A stretch of DNA of 64,000 nucleotides from the human T2T-CHM13v2.0 reference genome, Homo sapiens, in the NCBI RefSeq assembly GCF_009914755.1, contig NC_060935.1. One strand, written 5' to 3'. The number at the start of each line of letters is the position of its first letter. The first letter of the stretch is position 1. Shown here in pieces: positions 27,462 to 45,819 of the stretch. The translations under genes and the position numbers were made by a program. The notes below the pieces were generated by a model that saw only the letters and a list, made by a program, of their open reading frames with translations, searched no databases and had not been told where the DNA came from.

Positions 27462-29194
27462 TCAGTTCCTTCTTTCTAAAGTGGAGGCAATCATATCTAT
27501 TTTATAAGGATGTTGGAAGGCTTGCTGACACTGTATGGAAGGATCTGATGCAGAAAATTCAAGGTTATTATTACAATCACTCATTGATGTGCCCCCGTTC
27601 CAGCCTCCCATCCTAGCCAACTGCTTGCTGAAATGAAGTGAACGCCAAGAGCAGTCACTGCAGCACCAAGGCCATTTCCTAGTGGTGTCTCACCCACCCA
27701 ATAGCTGGTCCTGGAGTGGAGGGTGCTTGTAGCTGACTCTGGGGCAGGTTGTCTTTTATTTAATGTGTTTATTTCTTGCATATAGGAAGAAAGTTGGGAT
27801 ATTCAGCAAAGACGGGATAAAGGAAAGAGAGAGGGGAAATAAATCCCAAAGAACAGCTGAGAACCAGATGAAATGGATGACACGGCAGCACGCATGGTGC
27901 TGGGTCAGCTCAGCTTGGCCCTCCAGTTCCCCAGCTCTCCAGGCTTGCTTAAATATGGAACCTGGGCAGAGGCTAGGAAGAACTGGGATGGAGAAGTCAG
28001 GGGCCAGCTGCATTTTTAAAAAGCTGACAAAAGCCCCTCTGCTTGTGAAGGTTCTACTTCCACGCTTTCATAGATGTAAAGGAAGCTCCGTGCCAGAGGG
28101 AATCACACGTTCACCTGTCATTAGGCCTTGTTCCCCATGTGGTGTGTCTATCATGTGTTTGCTGAGTTTGTGCCTACTTTGTGACCATTGCATTCACTTT
28201 CTCTTGTTTGGAAAATGTAAAAGCATTCAGTGTTGTAAGTGGTGGGGAGAAGACGAGAACTATTATAATGGACCTCAAAGCGGAATTGATTGAGAAAATA
28301 GACCAGTGTTGTACTGCTTCTCTATGGGACGAGCCGTGTGACAGCGAGGACCATTCTGAGGGCAGATTTGCACAACATACGACATGTGAAAAGGGCTGGG
28401 CTAGGCCTGTGCACCCTGGCAATGGAAGGAAGACATGAGGAGAAATGATGGATGAAATGGATGATGCACTCTGTGGGCTTCTCTGCATCTGTGACGGGTG
28501 CCAGTCTAACTAGGAGATCAAAGCCTGAGCAAGGAGAGGTGGTGAAAGTGCCAAGAAGGCTGCAAGTGCCAAGGGCATAGTGGCCCAGGAGTTCCCAGGG
28601 GCCCACTAGTGGAGTTCACCGAGGTGGAGGGTTCCCTGCCACATAGTTTTCCATGTCACCAAGCAGTTCTATTTTTGGGAAAAGATGTCTGTTTAACACT
28701 GTATCCGCAAGAGGGAAAAGTGTAAGCTTGGTTTAAAGCTTCAGAGGACTGACTCACACTCCTGTTTCATAGAAATGTACCAGGGTATGGCAACTTAAAC
28801 CTCTGCTGGTCTCTTTGGACTGATGAGTAGTATCTGGGCCAACTCATTGCCTTCCGAGATGGAATCCATTTCTCTACCTTGTGCAGAGACACTCTTCTTT
28901 GAACACGTTGAGAAGCACTCCCTAGCCTTTGTTATTGTTTTTATTCACCAGAGAACACACAGCTCTCAAGAGGCCAAAGGGACATTGCTCTGCTCTGGAA
29001 CAATCATCCGCAATCAATAGGCCTTGCAGGTCCCGGCGATTCTCCTGCTGCAGCTGCTCTGGCTTCTTTGCTGCCCCTGAACATGCAAAGCACCCTCCTG
29101 CCTCAGACCTCTGCTCTTGCTGGTCCCTCTGCTGGGAGGCTCTGCCTGGGTCTCTGCTGCTCACTCCTTGCCTCCCTCAAGGCTCTGCTCAAAC

Positions 29195-29313
29195 CTCTCT
29201 CTCTCTCTTTCTTTCTTTCTTTTTCTTTCCTTCCTCCTTCCTTCCTTCCTTCCTTCCTATCCTTCCTTCCTTTCTTCCTTCTTTCCTTTCCTTCCTTCTT
29301 TCCTTCTCTTTCT

Positions 29314-29355
<42 letters not shown>
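29195..29355. repeat. (CT/CTTT/CCTT)n polypyrimidine tract (Alu-tail derived)
   Basis: About 160 nt of almost pure C/T. Confidence 0.95.
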
Positions 29356-29651
<296 letters not shown>

Positions 29652-29744
29652 TGACGACCTGACCACCTGTTCAGTGCTGCATCCCGCCCCTCCCCTGCCC
29701 TTCTCACCTGCTTTTTTCTGCTCTGCTTTCTCCTTAGTATTTCT

Positions 29745-30020
29745 TCTGTTTTAAAAATCAATGTGTACTAAAGGTACATCGTTTTGGGGGTACATGTGAT
29801 AATTTAATACATTCATAAAATTTGTAAAGATCAGATCAGTGAATTGAGGATATTCATCACCTTGAATATTTGTCTTTTCTTTATGTCAGAAACAGTTGAA
29901 TGTTTCTCTTCTAGCTATTCTGAAATATACAATGGATTACTGTAAACTCCAGTGACCCTATTGATCTATATCTAACACTAGGTCTTATTTCTTCTCTCAA
30001 ACCGTGTATTTGTACCTATG
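29745..30020 (-). mobile_element. L1MA-type 3'UTR fragment
   Basis: ggggtacatgtgataattt...tcttctagctattctgaaatatacaat; TSD ccttagtatttct/ccttagcatttct at 29732-29744 and 30023-30035. Confidence 0.8.
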
Positions 30021-30927
30021 CCCCTTAGCATTTCTGACGTGGCACTGATACACAAACACAGTATCTAATTTACTTGTTTATTATGACTCATTGTCTGTCT
30101 CTTCCTGCTGGATCATAAGCCCCATGAGGGCAGGGATCTTTGTTATTCCACTGCTCTATCCTAAGATCCTGGATGAGTGTCTGCCACACAGAAGGGGCTC
30201 CATGTGGGTGGCAGGAAATGGCTTCACCATGCCCCCATCCCCTGTGCTTAGGCCCACTGTCTCACCTTTTTGGTGTTTTTTTCCCCCTCTCCCTCAGCAC
30301 TCAGCTGGCTACAGGCTGTTTGTGTCTCTGGCCCAGGCTGCCCTCTAGGTGTGACAGATGCATGGCCAGGCTCACTCAGAGCTTGATGGCGGCGGAAGAC
30401 TGAGTAGGGGGTGTGACCAGATCAGGGACGGTGCAGACCCTGTCCTCTGCATGCCAAAGCTCAAAGCCACACAGCAGGCTCATTCTGAGATGGGCAGATA
30501 TCTCTTGGACAACTGTCTCCCCCCTCCCTCACTGTCATCTCCGTGACAAAGTGGGGCCTGAGGACTGGTAGCCTAAGCCAGGTTCTCAGAGCTCATGCTG
30601 ATCTTAGATAACATTTGTAAGCACTGGCCATGGGTTGGGCACTTCATGCAGACTATGCCATTTTATCCTCCTGCAATCCTCCCAGTTAATTGTTATCATT
30701 ATCACCATCATCATCTCTGTTTAATAGATGAGGGGACGGAGACCTATAGAGTGACTTGTATAAAATTAGAGAGCTGGTCCTGTGACAGAATTCAGGCTAC
30801 CCTCCACCCTCTGCATAAATTGTACAGACAAAACAGAAGCTCAGGTCTGTTGATTTCAAACCCTACATCCTTTCTTTTCTTTCTGTCTCTCTTTCTCCCT
30901 TTCTTTTCTTTCTCTCTCTCTCTCTCT

Positions 30928-31119
<192 letters not shown>

Positions 31120-31130
31120 GCCTTGTTTTT

Positions 31131-34139
<3,009 letters not shown>

Positions 34140-34184
34140 CTGCCTACTTCCTTTCTATTACACCAAGCCACTTCCCTCATTCTG

Positions 34185-34581
34185 TACTACCTTGGCTAAG
34201 GTGGTGACACTTGAACTGAGATAATGCTACTGGCCACCTTTCCTCTTCCTGTAGGCTGAGTGACATTCCGTTTCCCAGACCCTCTGCAGCCAGGTAGGCT
34301 TGTGAATGCAGCTCAGTCTGACCAACAGATGCAGTTGAAATGATGAACTCACTCCAGGCCTGGCTCCCAAGGTCTCCTGCATGTTCCTCCACACTTACTC
34401 TCTTCTCCCCTTGCTGGCCACATACAGGCAATCCCAGTGGAGGGCTCTGGGCCCCTAGGAGAAAGAAGGAACTGTGAAGAACAGAGCTGTTCCTGACTCT
34501 CTGGCATGGGATGTGAATGAGAAATAAACTTGTATAAGATTAAGTCATTGAGATCTTGGATCACCTACCCTGTCTAATACA
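34185..34581 (+). mobile_element. Old MLT1 (H/I/J-like) LTR
   Basis: tttcccagaccctctgcagccagg...gagaaataaacttgt...ctaataca end. Confidence 0.65.
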
Positions 34582-34949
34582 ACCTTGAAGGATGAGGACA
34601 TGTTTGCCAGGCAAAGAAGGCACGGGAGCCTTTCTGGGAAGCAGGAACGTGTTGAGCATGTGGGAATGCGGGAATGTGTTGGGGGATGTTCAAGCTGGCT
34701 CAGCTTTCTAGAGGGGTGGGGGGATGTGAGCTAGAATGGCGGGGTCGGCTGGCGCGTCTCAGATGCTATCCTGGAGATGATGGGGTAGTTTTCGGGGTAT
34801 CTCATGCCAAGGATGAACGCTTTAGATTTGAGTGTTAGGACCATTCTAGAGCATTCCTCAATACCTTTCCAAGGAATTGCAGTTCTGAGACTTGCTCATA
34901 GAACATGCCGTTCTGCTTCTCCTTAGACAGTCACAATGCATATTAACAC

Positions 34950-35165
34950 ATCAGTCCCCCTCTGTCCCTTTACTGGTTTGCTTTCTTCACAGCACTCACC
35001 ATTTGAAGTTCTCTTATTTACTTGCAAATTTATTTTATACCTCCCTCTGCACTGAAATATAAGTGTCATGAGAGCATAAAACTTGTGTGTCTTATTCACC
35101 ACTTATTCCAAGCAGCTAGATGAGTACTTGGCACCTAGTAGGTGCTGAATACATTTTTGGTGACT
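34950..35165 (+). mobile_element. L2 3' end fragment
   Basis: cttcacagcactcacc...cttggcacctagtaggtgctgaatacattt. Confidence 0.65.
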
Positions 35166-36262
35166 GAGCAGTTTAAGGTGACTGAGAAGTCCTGCAGCAA
35201 AGGAATACCAATCCCTTTACAATATCTATTGTGTGTGTATGCAAGACCTATTAATATTTCCCTTGACTACCACACTTTGTGCATGCTGCCCTAGTGGCCA
35301 GTGGCAGATGGCGTGGGCCTCTGCTAATTATGTCTACCACTCAGGGGCCACCGAGGGTCATGACCCTTCACAGGGGTGGGAGTGGGAGGTCCAGCTAAGA
35401 CACTAAGAAGACACTGGCCACGGCAGCTGGAACCTGGTGCTGAGGCTGAAACCTTGTTCCTTTGAGGAGCTCAAAGAGGAATCAGGATCCAGCTCTCTGC
35501 CAGCCTGGCCCCACGCCAGCTACAAGGCCAGCTTCCCACACATGGCAGCTGAGGGTAGATGCTAAGCTTTATAGATTACTCTTGGCCTCTTGCAGAACCT
35601 GTGCCTATGATGATGTTTTGCTGGGCACCAGAGAAATGATATAATGAAACTCAAACCTCATTATGGAGACGAGCAGAGCCCTGGTGGGGACGATGTCGGG
35701 AGACCAGTGCTCCAGAGGGATCACGCCTGTGCCCAGGGCCCTCTGCCTCTAGAACAAATGGTTGTGGGGGCTTGAGAAATATCCCTGGCCTGGGAGCAGA
35801 GGATTTGAGAGCAGCAAAGGGCTTTGGAGATCATCCTTATCATTGCAGTTATTGCTACAATTTACTGAGCAGCTGTCACTCTTACCCATCCTAGAGGTAG
35901 GTATTACTGTGCCCATTTCACAGAGGAGGACACTGCAGTGCAGAGAGAGGGAATGATGCTCCTGAGATCGTGGACTGAGTGAGTGAGGGGCCACGCTGGA
36001 AGGAGGAGCCCACTCTCTGGACTCTGTCCAGCACTCTGATCTGGTCTCTCTGGCCTCCTGGAGCACTAGCCTTCATCACACTGTTTTGCTGAGATTTCGG
36101 GTATTCCCAGGGGAAGAACCTGCCCTGGAGCCCAGGTGAGCTCTGTGCTAGCCTGCTGGGACCAGCTATTTGAGAGGAAGGTGAACAAGGAAGAGTGGAT
36201 GCAGATGAAGGCCCTGGGTCTGGGTCCTCAGCCCGTCCTCCCCCGACCTACAGGTGTTCTCC

Positions 36263-36807
36263 TTTCAGAGGCATTTGAACCAGAGCAACTCCATCTTGAA
36301 TAGGGGCTGGGTAAAATGAGGCTGATACCTACTGGGCTGCATTCCCAGACGGCTAAGGAATTCTAAGTCACAGGATAAGATAGGTCAGCACAAGATGAAG
36401 GTCATAAAGACCTTGCTGATAAAACAGGTTGCAGTAAAGGAGCTGGCCAAAACCCACCAAAACCAAGATGGTGATGACAGTGACCTCTGGTCGTCCTCAT
36501 TGCTACACTCCCACCAGCGCCAATACAGTTTCCAATGCCATGGCAACGTCAGGAAGGTATCCTATATGGTCTAAAAAGGGGAGGCATGAATAATCCACCC
36601 CTTGTTTAGCAAATCATCAAGAAATAACCAGAAAAATGGGCAACCAGCAGCCCTTGGGGCTGCTCTGTTTATGGAATAGCCATTCTTTTATTTCTTTACT
36701 TTCCTAACAAAGTTGCTTTCACTTTATGGACTCGCCCTGAATTCTTTCTTGCACGAGATCCAAGAACCCTCTCTTGGGATCTGGATCGGGACCCCTTCCC
36801 TGTAACA
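36263..36807 (+). mobile_element. MER41A ERV1 solo LTR
   Basis: tcagaggcatttgaaccagagcaactccatcttgaatagggg ... gggaccccttccctgtaaca; A-type junction aaaaaggggaggcatgaataatcc. Confidence 0.92.
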
Positions 36808-39437
36808 TTCTTGCCTTCCTCTTCTAATGAGTAAACATTTCTCACAGGGCAGAAAGCCTTTGTGGTTTTCACAAGGGTTTGCTCAGCTGTGGCCTCTCCG
36901 AGTTTCCAGCCTAGGCCTGGGAGGTGAGGAAATGTCACCCAGCTGGCTGGTGAGGAAGCCTGGAGGAAGTCAGGGTTCCTGATGTTCAACCTGGCATTTC
37001 ACCACCATGATAATGAATGTGGATTACTCCTTGTGAAACTGGCTTGTGGCATTAGCCTCCCCTCCCTATCTCATTCTTCTGCCGTAGGGACTCCTTGCCC
37101 CATCCCCTTTAGTGAAGGAGTGTATCCTCCGGTCACACCAGCTCTGTTTGTAAGCTAGAACCCATGGTGGGCAAATAGTGCTCAATAAGTACTTACAGGG
37201 GAATTATTAGGGAGTCCAACATCCGGTAGGGGATTGGGGGGAGGCGGGGATATGCTATGCAAAGATCTGGTTCCCGCAAATCAGTTGAGTGAAGGCAAAT
37301 GAGTCCCTGCCCTTCATTAGATAAGTGGTGGTTGATCAGGTTCTCCTCTGCCCGTTCAAGTGCAGGTATAACTAGACATGCTTCTCTCAGGCTCTGGCCC
37401 ACCCTCCTGCCCTGGAGACCTCACAAGGCCAGAGAGCCCTGCTCTCTCAGAATGTGGGGTCAATCAGGCATCGCCCGGGGGCAGAGGGAGAGGAGAAGTG
37501 ACCTGTAGATTGAGCCCCATCAACCTTAATGTTCATAATGGCCCTAATGGTGATAATGGTGATAACAGCACTTTCACAGTTGTTATCTTAGCTGTTCTTC
37601 ATAATGGCCCTGTGAGAGAGCTATTGTTTTACCTTCCCCTTCTCCAAATGGGGAAAATGGAGCTCAAGTTTACACTGCTTCTACGTGGCACCAGCTAGCA
37701 CTCGAAGCTCACACGTGTCCTGTCGTGCATTCAGAAGGTGATCTGAACACTCCAACCCCGATCTGCTACTGCTGCAGATCATACGCAGAGTACGCTGGCC
37801 GTACGCTCTCTGCAAGCTCAGGTCCAGCTTTCTAGAGACTAGAGCAGTTTGCATTTATGGGTATTGGTGCCTAGACACGGGTGGTTATCAATTAGATTCC
37901 GGTCTGGAAGAATCTTTCAATCCCCTCTCAGCTGGGCTGCTGGGGCCGGCTGGGCAGGGCTGCCTGTGACAGCCCCTGACAGCTACAGGAGGCAGAGGAG
38001 CCCATCTCTCTTCCATTCAGAACCTTCCACTGGATCACTCTGCCCCAGGCCTAGCCGGTGGTACCTCGGGTGCTCCGCCCCACCCTCTGCTTCAGCCCCA
38101 GCCAGGTAATCCCCTGGGTGGGCATCCCTCAGTCACAACATCCAGAGGTAGGTGGGATCCTGCAGTGAAGACAGCTCTCCAGTGAGGCCATCAGCGTCCT
38201 CTGCCCTGCAGCCTCCTGTCGCCGACCACTTCAGTGCCATGCAGCAAAGCAAATATGCTTCAGCCCCCCGTGGAACAGTAAGCCCCAAATGCTAAGTTCT
38301 CCCTTACGCTTCCAGAAGACAGCCAAAGGGTGGTATCTCAAGAAGAGCATTGAAGGAGGATGCAGGCACCTTTTCCTGGTGAAGGAGAACCTTGCTGCCT
38401 CCTGCCCTGTTCCACCAAATCCTTCAGGGCCCCTGGCACAGCTGAAGGAGAATGCCCAGCATCTGCCAGCTACTGCCTCCTCCCTCTGCTGCTGTGAGTC
38501 CCTCATGCTCGGCAGGATGTTCACGAGGCCAAGGCTGTTCTCTGCTTCCCCCTGAGCTCCCTCCAGCTCTACCATTCCATAGCTTTCTGGAGCTGGGAAG
38601 GAGGAAGTGCTGGATCCCTCATTCTAGGAGCTGGATGGGAGGGAAGGGGGGCCAGTGTGTCCACCCACCCTTCCACCTCGACTCCTGGGCCACTCTGGCA
38701 GCTGCACATTCTAGCTCTTGGTCTCACTTTCTCCCCTGGGGGATCCAATTCTCCAGAAGAACAAATGGGTGCCACATTTTTGGGCAAAACCTACCCATTT
38801 AGAGGCAGGGGAAGGAGCAGCAGAGTTCTGAATCCCTGGGTGGTCCTAGAGAGGCCTGGTACTCAGGGTGTCTTCCCTGCTCTTGAAAGAGGCCCTAGTC
38901 TCTACCACTGTGGGGAGATTAGGTGGAGGGTTCCTTGGGGCAGGCTCCGAAGGAGGTTGCCTCTGCTGGTATTAATGGGGAGCTGAGCTGTCATGGTTTG
39001 GACTGTCTCTGAGGCCCACATCCTTTCTGCAAATCACCTACTCTCTGCTCTTAGGCCTCTGCCAGAGAGCCATGGGTTGGCCTTTTCTCCAGATGCAGGG
39101 GCCCTTTAGCATTCGCCAGTGGACACGAACTTGGTGACCCTGCACTGTCTCTGTGGTGCCTCCCCTTATCATCTTCCCTCTGAGAGCAGCTCCAAGTGTG
39201 TGGGCCCCTGAGCCTGGCACTCCCTACCTCTCAAGGGCAGAAGTGCAGGCCTGGACTCAATGAGGACTGGCATTGGGTCCTCTGGGCTCTGCCCCAGCCC
39301 TACTGTGGGGCCTGCCACGGAACCTCCCTGGGCACCAGCACCAGCCAGACTACAGAAAGCAGCATGTGCAAAGAGCAGTACTTAGAGGAAAAGAGTCCAC
39401 TGCCTGGCCTGGGAAGGGGAGGCCTGGCCACAAGCTA

Positions 39438-39776
<339 letters not shown>

Positions 39777-39974
39777 AGAACAGAAGTCCTGTGTCCTGAG
39801 AACAAGACGCTCTGGGACCACATCTGGAGGACTGGGCTCTGTTGGTAGAAACCAGAGCAAAGCACCCGGGATGACGCATGGTTTGAGACCCACCACAAGC
39901 ACTAGAAGAAATGGGGTGAGGTAGGGAGTTGCTTAGAAGAGGAAAGGCTTACAGGGGACCTGATAAGTTCCAAC

Positions 39975-40140
39975 TGGTGGTTCTCAGCCTCTGATGCATA
40001 TTAGGATCACTTTTCAAAGTTACAGGCCCAAGCTCTACCCTTGAGGCTTCTGATTCAGTAGGCCAAGGTGAAGTCCTGGCATCTGGTTTGATAAAGCTTC
40101 TTGTGGTGATTTGCTGTATGGCTGGGGTTGAGACTCCTGC
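39975..40140. mobile_element. MER5A MITE
   Basis: ggtggttctcagcct...attaggatcac...ttctgattcagtagg...ggttgagactcctg. Confidence 0.75.
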
Positions 40141-40264
40141 ATGAGAAGAGCTCAAAGCTTGACCTCCAACTAAGATGTTGTAAGTCAGGGTCTTTCAAAT
40201 AGGCAGAGCTTTGCTCTCTACACATAGTAGTTGAGAACAATAAAAAAAACCCAAAGGCTTGGGC

Positions 40265-40470
40265 AGGGTGGTGCACACCTGTGGTCCCAGCTGCTCAGGA
40301 GGCTGAGGTGGGAGGATCACTCAAACCCGGGAGCTGGAGGCTGCAGTGAGCCATGATCATGCCACTGCACTCCAGTTTGGGTGACAGAGCCAGATCCTGT
40401 CCAAAAACAAAAACAACCCAAAACAAAACAAAACAAAACAAAACAAACAAAAAAAGAACAAGCAAGCAAG
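40265..40470 (+). mobile_element. Alu right monomer (FRAM/AluJ-like) with (CAAAA)n tail
   Basis: 13-bp TSD caaaggcttgggc at 40252-40264 and 40471-40483. Confidence 0.9.
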
Positions 40471-41749
40471 CAAAGGCTTGGGCCCACACTGCTGGAATGA
40501 CACCCTTGTCTGCGCTACAGAATAGAGAGGATGCAGAGGGTCCTGGATGCTTGTCTGGGCTCTGAATAGGATGCCAGAGCCCGAGTGCCCAGCCCTTCCA
40601 CCTACACAAAGGGCACTTTTTCCACCAGCGAGGCTCCTGCCCTATATCTGCAGAGCCTGGGCTCTGAAGAATCCCATCAGCTCCCTGTGATGGGTGTGTG
40701 CTGAGGCTGCTGTACCCTTACCCGGACCTTCTAGGACCAACTGACCCCTTTACAATCAGGGTCTGTGAAGAAGTTGCCTTGAGAGGGGTGATTGGGTTTG
40801 GGGTCTCATTCTGGGTTTCACTGACTCCATGTGGATGGATGAGGGGGTTTTTGTCCAGCGAGGAGGAAGAGCAACTCCCCTTCCCAGAGGTGAGGGGTTC
40901 TCCACAGGGCACGAGGACCAATCTGGCTCGTGCTCTTGGGTCCAGTCTTGCTCCTCCCCATTCCATGGAGCACAAGGCCGCTTTCCCAACAGTGGACTCT
41001 CCCAACATTTGTTTGATTGCTTTCTACTCCCAGTTCCCTTCACTTTACCAACATCTTCATTGCCTTCCAGCTTTCAGTATGGATTTCAGTCCACAGAAAT
41101 GAAGACAAGAATGAAGATACTGAGCTTGTTAAGGGAGCTCCTAGCACCGTGCCTGGCACACAATACCAGCTCAAGAAATGGACATGTCCCTGGCCCTGCC
41201 ACCCCTTCCTGAATGCCTCGTACAACAGAGTCAAGGCTGACTGTTTCCACAAGGGACTCTTTTCTTTTTGTACCCAAAACCCTTCTAGCTTTTGCCTCCT
41301 GAGCATGTGTTGCTGCCGGAGCAATGTGGCCCAGCTGTGCCCCGAGTGTCAGGGAACAATCAGCTAGAGAGTCAACATTTTCATCAACGAAAGTGGATAA
41401 TCCAAATGCAGATAATTGAGAACCAGGCAGGAGTCACAGACCTGGTGGCCTTCGAAGGCTTATTACCATTGATCTGCATATTCTAGGCGTCTTACGAGGG
41501 CGTCCACTTTTCACATGACTTGGGCTTACTTTGAAATTTGAATCCTTGATTGAGAATTTAATTTCTTCTTCTATATGGCAAATCATACCCACCCCAATGC
41601 CCCAACCAGAATGGCAATGGAGTGTGATGGACGGAGCCCCACATTAGGTAACAGGAGCCTGTGGTCTAACCCATAGGTCCCTGGTACTGGTGTCACCACC
41701 CGAGGTTACTGAATCTCTCTGGTCTCTGGCCCAGGGGCTGGACAAGATT

Positions 41750-41925
41750 ATTGGTTCTCAGATCCCTGTCCATGGCCTAGCTGTACCAGAATCACCTGGA
41801 ACATATCTTAGAAAGTATGGATGCCCTGGCCCTGCTCTCAGTGTTCAATTCAACACAACCTGGGCATCTACATTTTTAAAAAGCTCTACAGTGATTTTAC
41901 TGCATGGCCACATTTAGGAACTATG
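41750..41925. mobile_element. MER5-type MITE
   Basis: ggttctca...cagaatcacctgg...cctgggcatctacatttttaaaaagctc. Confidence 0.65.
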
Positions 41926-41928
41926 TAG

Positions 41929-42388
<460 letters not shown>

Positions 42389-42457
42389 TAAGCAAGATTT
42401 TGTTATCCTACCTGGTCCACCAGAGGCATTCACCCAGTTGACCCCTCTTGCCTATTA

Positions 42458-42859
<402 letters not shown>

Positions 42860-42912
42860 TCAGTCTCCTTTCCTGCTTCCTCCCTTCTGTTCCACATCTA
42901 AATATTGGTGTG

Positions 42913-43222
42913 GGCTGGGTGCAGAGGCGCATGCCTGTAATTCTACCACTTTGGGGGTCGAAGGCAGGAGGATCACTTGAGGCCAGAAGTTCAAGACCAG
43001 TCTCGCCAACAGAGCAAGACCCCATCTCTAAAAATTTTTAAAAATTAGCCAGGCTCAGTGGTATGTCCCTGCAGTCCTAGCTACTCGGGAGGCTGAGGTG
43101 GGAGGATAGCCTGAGTCCAGGAGTTCAAGGCTACAGTGAGCTATGATGGCACCACTGCACTCCTGTCTGGGAAACAGAGCAAGATGTGGTCTCAAAAATC
43201 AATAAAAAATATAAATATAAAA
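42913..43222 (+). mobile_element. AluJ
   Basis: ggaggatcacttgaggcc / ggagttcaaggctacagtgagctatgat; TSD taaat(a/g)ttggtgtg. Confidence 0.92.
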
Positions 43223-44889
43223 TAAATGTTGGTGTGCCCCAAGGTCCTAAGCTCCCTCTACTATCTAGACTCTCTCCTATGGCTGGAAGTCCCTCCCATA
43301 TGCCATTGGCTTCCCAGGTATGAATCTGTAGCCCTGATCTTTCCCCAGAACTGCCTACTCTTTACCTCCACCTGAATGTCTAATAGTCATTGCAAAGTGA
43401 TCATGTTCAGCACAGAAAACTTAGCCTTACCTCAGCCCTCCAGCCTATTGCTCCCCAGTCTTCCCATTCCCCATGAAGGGCATCCCAACCCATCCAGACA
43501 CTTCATCCAAAAATACAGCAGTTATCCTTGATTCTTCTGTTTTCCTTTCTGCCTTCACCCAATTATCAGCAAGTCTTGTTGGCTCTATCTCCAAATATAT
43601 CCCAGACTCATCTAATTCCTCTCTAAGTACATTGCCATGGCCGGGTCAACATCTCCCTCCTCCCCCACCGAGGCTCTGCAGCCCAATGTTCTCTCTGCTT
43701 CCACTCTTGTCCTCTTGTAATCCATTCTCCACTTGACAGCTCAAGTCCTCCTTTGAAAAGCATGTCATCCCCTCCAGAGCTTGCCATAACACTTACAAGC
43801 AAATTCAAACTCTTTACGGTGACCTAGAGCCTTCTGCAATCTGGCCCTGCCCACTTCTTGGACTTCCTCTTTATGGCTCCCCTATCCTTGTTGATGCCAC
43901 TCTGGGTACTCCAGCTCTCTGCCCACTCCTTGGGCACAACTGGATCATTTTCACTTTAAGGTTTTGCACCAGCTGCTCCTTCTGCTTAGAAGCTCTTCCC
44001 TGATCTCCACACAGTTGGCTCCTTCCTGCCACTTATGTCTCAGCTAAATGTCCCCTCTGCAGACAGGCCTTCCCTGACCACCCGATTCAAAGTAGATATT
44101 GAGCACTCTCTTTCAGTTTCTTCTGTTTTCATTCTCTGCACAGTATGTGGCACTGTTTGATATTTTCTAGTTCGTGACGATATTTTTCTGGCTTGTGGGT
44201 TGACCGTCTCTCTCCTCTAGAATATAAAATCTATGCAGTCAGTGACTTCATTTGTTTTGTTTGCCACTGTATTCCTGGTGCCTAGAACACTGCTTGGCAC
44301 ATTGTAGATGCTTAATAAATATTTATCAAATAAATAAGTAAATGTAAGTTCCCTTCTAGTTCTAGAGGTATATGATATATTTAGAATCTTTAATAATTAA
44401 TTTTGTTATCCCATGTAAAGGTTTTGTGGAGTCCAAAAGTGTGATTTAGAATGTAGAATAATTGGGAAGAGTGTCAGTTTTTTATAGCTATTTAGCAGTC
44501 TAGCTGTTTCCGTCATCAGAGCTTTGCTTCCTGGAGACACGGTAAATTCCACAAAGACAGGGATTATGCCTTACCCATCTTCAAGTGTCTCAGAGCTCAA
44601 GGTTGTGCTGAGCTCCTTAAGTGTTCGTATAGAAAATGAATAGATGGTCTTCTCATGGAACAAGGATGGAAACTGAGGCAGAGAGTAGGGAGGAAATGTA
44701 CTCAGGAGATCATGTTTTCTGTGGCTACATGGTTGGTTCTGTGACTCATACTTCCTGGGCTGGCTGCCTCCAAAGACCCTTTCATTCCTTCTTTGCACAT
44801 GGTGAGGACAAGGCAAAGTTACCAGCAGCTTTCTCACCTAGGTGCTGGCTCAAGGGACTCAGGGCAAGCTTTAGCTCTAAGGGGCAATC

Positions 44890-45115
44890 TGGTAGAGCGA
44901 GGTTTGGAAGAGGTTTACTCTGGACTGTGTGTTGGCTGTGTGACCTCTGGTAGGTACTTAATCTCTCTGTGCCTCCCTTTCTGTATTGGTAAAAGACAGA
45001 GAATCATGGCACATAGGTACTTTCAGGAATTTTGTGATATGTAAATGAGAAAATGCATGAGAGGGTCTTTGTGATGCCTTGCACCCAGTAATTGCTAAAT
45101 AAATTGTTGGCCATT
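44890..45115 (+). mobile_element. MIR SINE
   Basis: gctgtgtgacctctggtaggtacttaatctctctgtgcctc. Confidence 0.7.
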
Positions 45116-45819
45116 TTAATGATCGCTAATAGTTCTGGCCTTGAGCTGGGATCTGAGGTACCAGGGTTCCCTGCTTAGGATTTCCTTCTCTCTCTCTCTT
45201 CTTTGAAGCCATGGGCAAATCACCTGGAGCCTTCTTCTTTCCTGCTTTTTTGCAACCAGGATAATGATAGCTCCCCTTCCTTCTAGCACTGCTGTGTGGA
45301 TTAATTAGTGTTAATTAATGGGCTTTGAAAATGAAAAGCACCTAGGTAAGTGCTGATCATGATTATTAATGGGAACCTTGAACATGGAGAAGGTGCTGAA
45401 CAGGGTCCTAAAATTACACAGATTAAAGAACAATGAGGACAGGTGAGAAAGTGGCTATTAAGCTCTGAGGATGGGACCCAGGTCTGCCAGCCTGCCAAGG
45501 TGTTCAAGCCAGAACAAAACCTCGCAGTCATTCTTATGCAAAAATGACTTGGTGAGCCAACGAGGTAGAATGTTTTCAACAAATGTCATAGGCTGGAAGG
45601 GACCGCTGCAGGTCACTGAGCCGAAGCCTCCTCCTTTGAGGAGCACTGTGGCCCTTTTGCCCCTGTGAAAAATTGCCGTGCCTGTGCACTTTGAGGCAGG
45701 AAGGGTCTCCCCACGGTAATGATAATAATATAAGTTACCATGGATCACCTGCTCACTATCAAAGTGTAATTATCTAGTAAACACCATGCATTAAGGCTTT
45801 TACATGAATGTATTATGTC

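Noticed and set aside
28181-28438. Protein-like ORF (MDLKAELIEKIDQCC...)
   Set aside because: No recognisable family or clear splice context; length is within chance expectation.
30333-30352. CTCF-like motif (minus strand CACCTAGAGGGCAG)
   Set aside because: Two mismatches in the 5' core; not supportable without ChIP data.
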